This document shows positions 54,501-63,500 of a DNA stretch of 64,000 bases, in pieces; the stretch's first letter is position 1; each line of letters opens with the position of its first letter. This DNA comes from Perna viridis (taxonomy: Eukaryota), in contig CM074511.1 in the NCBI GenBank assembly GCA_037379345.1, positions 25,651,171 to 25,715,170 of the forward strand, written 5' to 3'. Position numbers and translations under genes: made by a program. The notes beneath the pieces are model-generated. The model saw only the letters and a list, made by a program, of their open reading frames with translations, was not told where the DNA came from and searched no databases.

Positions 54501-57500
54501 TCATACATTTTACCAAATGGGCAATATAAATCTTCAAATTCTAACAGGAGCTTGTCGATATTTCAAAACATGTGCCAAGGAAGTAGCTTTAAAGATAGAT
54601 TCAAAAATTGTTACAGTCAGTACTATCAATGGTGGTCATGTAGAAATAGATGGTCAGGTAACATCCTTGGAAACAGTGGCCAACCTTGGGAGTAGCTTCC
54701 AGATGGGACCATTAGACAGTTCGGTGTACAAAATATACAAAACAGGATTTGAGTTAATTGTATACGTACAGGAGGATTACATCAACATCAGGCTATCTAT
54801 AACCACAGCTTATTGTTCTGCCTCAGAAGGACTTGTGGGTGGGTGTATTATAAAGTCACATTTTTGCAGTTCCAACGATTATCCATGCTTAATCCGATAT
54901 GAAGGTCTAGCTAGTGTCTGCGCCAGTCATGTTATTTCAGGAACATCAATACTGCAGTATGCTAGTATATGGCACAAGACATATACATCGAGCATATTTA
55001 ACGAGATTGCAACAACCTTCAATCCTTCAACAGGAGTTGCTATCAATACAGGATGGATTCAGACAGTTCCGTGGGAGCAAGGCTTTCTCGGAGAATCAAC
55101 TACAATTGAAACTAGATTGAAAATTACTAGTCTAGATGGCAAGGGAGATGGTGGCACAGTCTTGTCATACAGCTGGAGAAGCACTACTGCTGTCTGCATA
55201 GTAAACGGAAAGTTTTTGGTGTCTCTAGGATCATATGTTGTATCTACTGGCATTCAAGTTCGACTTAATCAATGGACACAAATAACACTGGTTTACAACA
55301 GCTTATCTGGTTGGATAACTTTCCACTACATTTATGGCAATGATATCACTGAGTTCACATCAGTTTATCTTGGTATTGGTGCTTTTCCACCGAGAGGAAC
55401 TCTTGTTGTTGGAGAGTGGCAGCCGCCAATTGTAGGCGGAGGAGACATTCCACCTGGAATATTTATCGGTGTCATTGATCGTGTACTTGTATGGAACAGA
55501 CCTTGTATTCCAACACAAATATTTATCCATTGGAAAACCAGTATTTTACAGATAACAACAGGCTTAGCAGCTGGTTGGAACTTAGAAGTTGGTAACGGCA
55601 AAATATCAACTGACATAGTTAACAACTACAAACTGACAATATCCGACAAGGGATGCACATGGATACCAACTGATCTTCCTGATACAAGAACTAACACTCC
55701 AAAGATTGATGTCAACATTGGTATCCCAGAACCCGAAATAAACAGTAAATGCAACAGTCTGCTAAACAGCTCTGCGATTTCTAGCAAGTGCAACGATCTG
55801 GCTGTCAGTTCATCATTTTACATCATGGCGTGCATTGAAGACATTTCAGTCACAGGAACAATGGACTTTAGCATGGATAGCACTATTGCATTTGGATCAA
55901 TGTGTGAAGTGGAGAAAGACATCTCACCGCCATATCAGTCGCTTTGTAATGACTTCGAAACTAGAACATTCCCAGTGTGGAAAGGACAAGACTGCACTGC
56001 TAAATGTATTTTTGGAAAATTCATTCTAGAATCATCATATTGTCAATGTTATAGTGGTTACTGGGGAGAGAAATGCGACCAGGTTTGTCCAGGTGGAGCA
56101 TCTAATCCATGCAACGGTCATGGCACTTGTCAGAGGGATACTGGTAAATGTTCATGTCTAGAGAACTGGAATGGAGATGACAATTGTGGAACATGTACAA
56201 CGGGATATATTGGCACTGATTGTAATGTAGCAGAACCAGAACTTCCTTCAAATGCACCAATGGGATGCTTTGCAAGAAAACATGGGAATTATGGCAACTT
56301 TACTGGACACAGATTTAGCTATGCAGAACCAGGAAATTACTTACTGACTGAGCTTAATAACCTCAAAGTAGAGGTAGGTAGGACTTATTTAGATTGCAAA
56401 GCAATATAATATTTTACTTTTAGTTATTCAACTATGCAAATAATTATAGAACAAACTTTTGAAAATCTTAAGTTTTAAATTTTTGTATAATTCTACCATG
56501 GACAATAACATAAAAAAATAGTTTTAATACTTTTTCACTGATAAATTGTACCTAAATCACACTAGAAAAGGCTCTTTCCCTGTTAAGTATACTTTTATTT
56601 ATAACATTTAAGTGTAAGTGTTTGTAAGAATGAGGCAAAATGGAAAAAATCAGAAACATGCATGTCAAAGCCCCGCCAATCTGACAATGTAATATCACTC
56701 AAGGATACTTCCTCTATTAGAAAAGACCATTATTTGATCTCTGCATCACTGACTTTTCAGTAGAATTTTAGAAAAAAATTAGGTATTTGACAGATTTATC
56801 TGCTGTTGAAATGTTCATTTTCAGTGCATTTCAATGAAATTGTAAGTCAATGACCCAACATGATATGGAAAATCTTGTCTGTTTTCTTGATTCTGATGGT
56901 GCAAATAGTCAAATTACACTGTCAAAATGATGGGATTTTTCATACCATGTTTCACTGACTGCGTGATTCTTACATGAACTGACACTTAACAACTAAGATG
57001 AAATCAAGTTTTATGTGTTAAAATGCCTGCCTTGTGACATGTTCATATTCTTCTTTGAAGGTAAGACAAGTATCTTGTAAATGGCGAAGAGGACAGAGTG
57101 TATGCATGGATGCTGTGTCTATCAAGATACACAAGACAACTGTTACCTACCTCTCTCATAATGACACCATCTGGGTTGATGGCAAAGAGGTCCAAGTTAC
57201 TCTAGAAAGACGTAAGAGAATAGAGGTTGAAGGTGGATGCAAAATCCAACTTCACAGACCTTCGGAGAGAGTTACAAGATACATCATGAACGAATTAGGA
57301 TTTGTTGTTCGAATTAGGCGACACGTGCGCTTTGATAAGTTTATAGCAGTCGTAAGAGTTAAAATTGGAACTGATTTTTGTTGCAGTTCTCCTCCTATCC
57401 GAGGAATATGTGGAGGATGTAAAGACTGCTCATCTTATACTCCTACAATGCCTTGTTCAATGGATCTAACAACCACCAGTACAACAATGACACCAACTAC

Positions 57501-60500
57501 AACAATGACACCAACTACAGTAATGACACCAACTACAACAATGAATTATTTGAATGATAGTAGCATCGATTTGACAGGTTCAAGAACATTTGCTACTACA
57601 ACTGAAGCCTCTGACACTGTGACAAATATATTCAATCCTAACACTCTGCCCCCTGGAAGTTCTATTTTGGAAGAATCTGGGGTAGATGAAACATCTGTAG
57701 CAGGGATAGGACCGGGTAATGCTGTTTGCAATGATGATGCATCTATGATCACTGAACAAGTACAAATTTTCAACAGCGATTATGTTTCAATAGAGTTTTT
57801 CGTCAAGACTTGCCATGAAGACAGATGTCTTGGTACCATATTGTCATACACTAGTGTGAAGACATTTGCCGTGAAGAACATGAATGGAAAGCTTGTCATA
57901 ACCTATGGAGAGTTAACCTTTAACCTCGGTCTAATTCTGGAAAACGATAAGTGGAGTCAAGTAGGTTTGATCTATGATGGAGGCACCTATCTTTATGTTT
58001 ATGTCTTTAATAACTCTGGAACGTACAGGCGAGAGCTGGTAGAACTTGATGGTACGCATCCATTCAGTGGTAAAGGACGATTGGCGTTAGGCAAATGGCA
58101 GCCGCCACCAGGTGGGTCTGGAGATCAACCATTGAATGAAGGATTTGAAGGATGTATCGATGAACTCAGAATTTGGAACAGGTGAGCTCTATATATGGTT
58201 AATATTGCTTATCAAATAAATTAGGGACACATGACATCAATAAGGTACGTATTATATATGCCGCTTTTAAAATATAAAGATGTTAAGGAATTAATCATAC
58301 CAAATAAGCATATTACTTTATATTCATTTTTATTTATTGTTATAGAATTTATATTTTAACTTGGAAGTTTTGTAATCTGATAACTTTTAAATGCTTGTCA
58401 ATGAAACAAATTTTCCTTACTGAAATTATGTAATATTTTGTTTAGGTACCTTGGTTTAATGGAGATAAAAAACCATTGGAATAGAACCTACACTGTTGAT
58501 GATGAAGGGTTGTCCTCTCTCTGGACCTTCAATGAGGAATTAGGTACTTCATTTGAACTTAAGTAGCTGTCTTTGTAAGAATCATGCAAAATCTGAAAAA
58601 TGTGATACGCCCCAAAAAAGGCTACACATTTTTATTTTTGTAATTAAGTTGTTTTATGGGTCTATACTATGAAAGATGTAATTATTCATTCAAATCTGCC
58701 TACTCTTAGGAGATAATCGACATTGAAAATACAGTAGATTCTATTGTATTTGAGTGTCATTTATCTCCCTTAATTTTGAAATCTACAGTGCATTCTATAT
58801 AATTTTATCTCCTTAGAACACGGGATGTATGAAAAACTGAATGTGAATTTCTGTTCACTACGTATAAGGAAATTCAAACAAAATATCAAAAATAAAAATA
58901 TGTAGGTTTTTTACCCATGAATCACATTTTGCATGATTCTTAGCTGGAGTGCTACTTAACATGAGTATCAAAACAAACAAAACGGATATTTCAGCTCATG
59001 TTCATTTTTGTTGTGTACATCAGTTTTTGTTGTCTAGTAGTTACCCCAGGATTATGTTCTTTTTTATTACTGGTTTTCTTGTGATTTCTCTTTCAAAATG
59101 CAGATTTATCTTCCTCTAAATATACTTAATTCTTTGCCTTTGAAGAATTAAGTTATTTGTTTTTAAGTTCTTAACCAATAATTATATTATATGTTCTTTT
59201 CTTTGGTTCTTTGACTATAGTAAATGCTAAGATCTTGATGATGTGTTGTAATAGTCATATTTATCTAACATTAAGTTAAACTTTAATTCTGAAGTTTATC
59301 ATATATTTTTAATGTTGTAGTAATATTAATAAAAAGTGATATATTTGATAAAATTTTAAATGTTTATGATTGTAGATGGTACATGGACAGCAGAGAATAG
59401 TGGTATTGTTTTAAGGAATCCAGTTAGTCCATTTAATGGAGGAGTTGTAAGGCTATCAGATGCTCCTATTCCCTTTGTTGCGTCTCCAGTGGATGTCAGC
59501 CCACCGTCGGATATACTCGTTTCATCACAGATCGGAAAACGTAGGAAGAGGGCTACCATTTATGTACCCATCAGTACTGCATCATTCTGTGAACAAGTTT
59601 TCAGCTCGAGCAATTTTGCAAGGTATCTAAAATTATCATAATATTGATGCCCCTTTGTTACATTCGTTAAAGCTTTGATTTAATTTGTTCAATAAGTATT
59701 GTAAACGTACTAAATTTTGCTTTTTTCGCGGTGGACAGAAAACTGCGAATAATTGTATCTGCAAAATTTATCTTTAACACTATACAACACTAATTATTTT
59801 TTTTAAATCGCGAAAAATTAATACCCCCGAATATGTCCCAAAAAATTAATACGTTACAGTATTTGTCAGTTAAAATTAGAAACTTCTCATGAAAATAATT
59901 TGGTATTAATCTGTGTATCATTAGCATTGATAGCTCATCCATTTAACTGATCGTTTGCATGATATGAGTGATTGATTCATTGTTATTTATGTCATTTTTG
60001 TACACTTTTTTTTACCATTGATATTGAACCTGCGTTAACATTTTCGAATTTGTATTTGTGTAATCGGGAACAAAAAATTTCGGTATACACTGATTTTTAT
60101 GAGACAACATAATATTAGGAGCAAGGTCAAAATTACCACGTAGAGAGTACTAGAATAATGATAAGGATTTTTTTTTATTGAAAAGCAATATAATGTAATA
60201 GGCAAAACATGTTTAAAACCAATTAAGAGAATTCGATCCTTTACATTGTTTTCTCTTAATATTTATAGATGGAAAACATGGCAATCAAAACAAAGTTCTA
60301 AACAACCTTACAAACCAACAAATAAGACTGACATATGTTTACATTAAGTACATAACCTGTAAAATCTGTACAAGATACTAAAGGGGTTTTAACGTCCTTA
60401 ACTACCCTGTCGGGTCTCGCATGGACGGATCTGTACAAGATTAAAATTTGTACTACTTATATTTTCAGCACCTGTACACCAGCAGGAAGTAGTTTGAATC

Positions 60501-63500
60501 AGAAATACAAGTATGAATGTGAACAAGCACAAGATCCTGAAGACTTGGAAGATACCATCTTGGAGTATGCAGACTATTGCCAATATATCCTTGAATTAAG
60601 CACCTGGCCAGGACTGTCACTATGTACTGAAATGACAAATGATGCTGCGTTCAACTCAGTGTTTGGGGACCATTGTGATCCACATTGCTATTTTGGAACC
60701 AAAAATGGAGGCACTGAATGTGTTTGTAACAAAGGATATTGGAATACGACATGTGACACAGAATGTCCTGGGGGAGCCGCCTCTCCATGCTCAGGCTATG
60801 GAACATGTGATCAAACAGGATCATGTGACTGTCCACTCAACAGAAAAGGTGCAGATGATTGTTCTGTCTGTACTGATGGCTGGATCGGACCTGACTGTGC
60901 TGTAGCAGAAAACACCATCGCTGGTAATCAGTCCATTGCCCTGGCAAGTCAATTAGGTCACATGACAAATTTGGATGGTTTGAGCTTTATCGTCAGAGAA
61001 CCAGCAGTGTATTCATTGCTTACCATAAGTGATGTCATTGCCATTCAGGGAAAACTAGTAGCGTGTCATCAGAACTATACATGCATCACATTTTTATCGG
61101 TGAGACTTGGGGATACTTCGGCAGGATTTTCAACCATCACATTCAAGACTCCAAGACTCAAAACAAGTAAACCTATTGTTTACATTGAAGACCAAGAAAC
61201 CACAGTTGATGAGCCATTGTACTTCAAGGGTTTTAGTTTAGAAAGGATTGACATCGATGAATTGAAGATAAAGATTGAAGACCAAGCTCAAGTTGGTGTA
61301 AGGCTGCAAGGGCAATACCTTGTTATGGAAGTTATATTGAGTCATCAGTATGTCAGCACCACAAGTGGAATACTCGGAGGTTCAGGAGTCAGCAACTCAA
61401 CATTGAAAATCAATTCATTACTGTACAAAGAAGTTTTCTCTCCAAATGTATGTGTATACACAGGACCAACACAGACTCCACAATCAACATACCAGGCATA
61501 CACATTGCAAATTAGGGGCATCTCACTAAACAAAAACATGTCCCGGCCATATTCTTTTGAATGGTCAAGATTTGTTGTCGTACCTTGTGATGAGTTCATC
61601 TACTACCCATTTATCTATTACAAAACACAAAATGTTGGTGGATACAGCTTGAACTTTGCTTCATCTATAATATATGGAGAGGTTGACTTATACACAACTG
61701 TAGGTCCCAACATTACTTTTGAATTCTTGACTAAAATTGCCAACAAGTCTGATGATGGAGGTGTTCTGCTTTCCTTCAGTAACACCAAGCTCTTCATTGT
61801 CCAAGTGTCTAGTGGAATAATTGACATAGAATATGAAAACCAGACATACTCAACTAATCTCACTCTTCAGAAAGGAGAATGGAACAAAGTCATAGTGATG
61901 TACTATGGTGAAATTGGAGATTTTGACATCTATGTCTTCAATAGTGTAGGATATATCGAAAGGAGAAGCTATGAATTACCACTTCATATTTTCAACGATC
62001 CTGGAACACTTTCCATTGGTCATTGGCAACCACCATACAACAGTAAAGTCATGTCAGCTCCACGCCCATTTAGTGGATACATTGACAATTTCTTGGTATG
62101 GAAAATATCCTTGGAGCCAAATATTGTGACGGACATCTTTCAAATAGACCCACTAGATGTACAACACTTACTGAACCACCTTTGGCAATTCGATGAAGGT
62201 CAAGGGTCTATTACATCTGACGTACTCAAAGGCAGCATCATAAACCTACCTTCATCACCATGGATACCACCAGAGTGGATTCCTTCAGATGTGTATTATG
62301 TCAAAAATAATTATCCAGGTGTCACGTTCGTTAAATTCGACAGCTCAACAGTCAAAAAAGAAGCTGATAATCTTTGTAGCCAAGTAATGGACAATACTAT
62401 ATCATCCTGTATTGGACTGGCAACTGCTACAAAACAAATATTTTACTCAGCTTGCCTTCAAGTGTACAGTACTACCAAAGATTCAGCAAATGCTTACAAT
62501 GTTATCTTGAGCTATGGGCGCATTTGTAAGCTGTCTTTAGACCTTGCTTCTCCACCAACAAATAATTTATGTAGCAGTCTGCTCAGCAGTGAAAGTGAAA
62601 ACAGCGGATGTACTAAGACGTGTTCATTTGGTGAAAAGCAAAACGACGGGTCATGTTCATGTACATCTGGGTATTTTGGCACGACCTGTTCGGGTATATG
62701 TCCAGGAGGATCTGACACACCCTGTAACAATCATGGGAAATGTACAAGCTTGGGTCAGTGCGCTTGTAACTGGAATTGGAATGGTGATACCGAATGTGGA
62801 ACATGTACAGGAGGTTTGATGGGACCAGATTGTAGAATTTTTTACCACGGCTCGTCATTTGGGACAAAAGCATACGTTACCGGCAAGGGTGATTACATGG
62901 GTTTCAATGGCTATCAAATTTCTTTAGATGAGGCAACTGGAGTTTTTACAGTTTTCAATTCACCTTCCAATTTTGCAGTTGAAGTATTCCAAGTAAGCTG
63001 TATATATGGTACCTGCATAATAGGAGTGTCAATCAAAACTTCTTCAAACCAACTTGTTATCATGCCATCAGGACAGAATGATATGCCTCCATTTGTATAC
63101 AAGGATTTAGTCAAGATTGAATACGAGACCACTACAACGTTACCTGGCCTTAAAATGGAAATGAAGTCTTTCACAGAAATAGAAATTTCTGTTGGATCGA
63201 GTACCATCAAACTTTTGGTCCAGTACAATGGTATAGACATATCAATGGACATACTATCACCAGTGTGCTCCTCATCAACTGGAATTGTTGGAAATTGTGG
63301 CGGTACCAGCGAAACATACACTACATACAATCAAAACAACCTGATGCAGTACGTTACGAACACATATAGTTCGGCAGATGGACCAATAGTTCAAACAATG
63401 CTTGCAGTTTTTGGACGTAATGTAAGCCATGACTCCGGATTTGCTTTATCGTTCAATGAAACGTCGTCTTTGACAGATACACTTACATACAGACAAAACC

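Noticed and set aside
4202-58185. Long ORFs (310, 686, 1314, 2097, 541, 603, 2599 and 383 aa) read as separate genes or a prokaryotic operon
   Set aside because: They begin and end at splice signals, their termini read into AT-rich intron sequence, and they join in phase into one frame.
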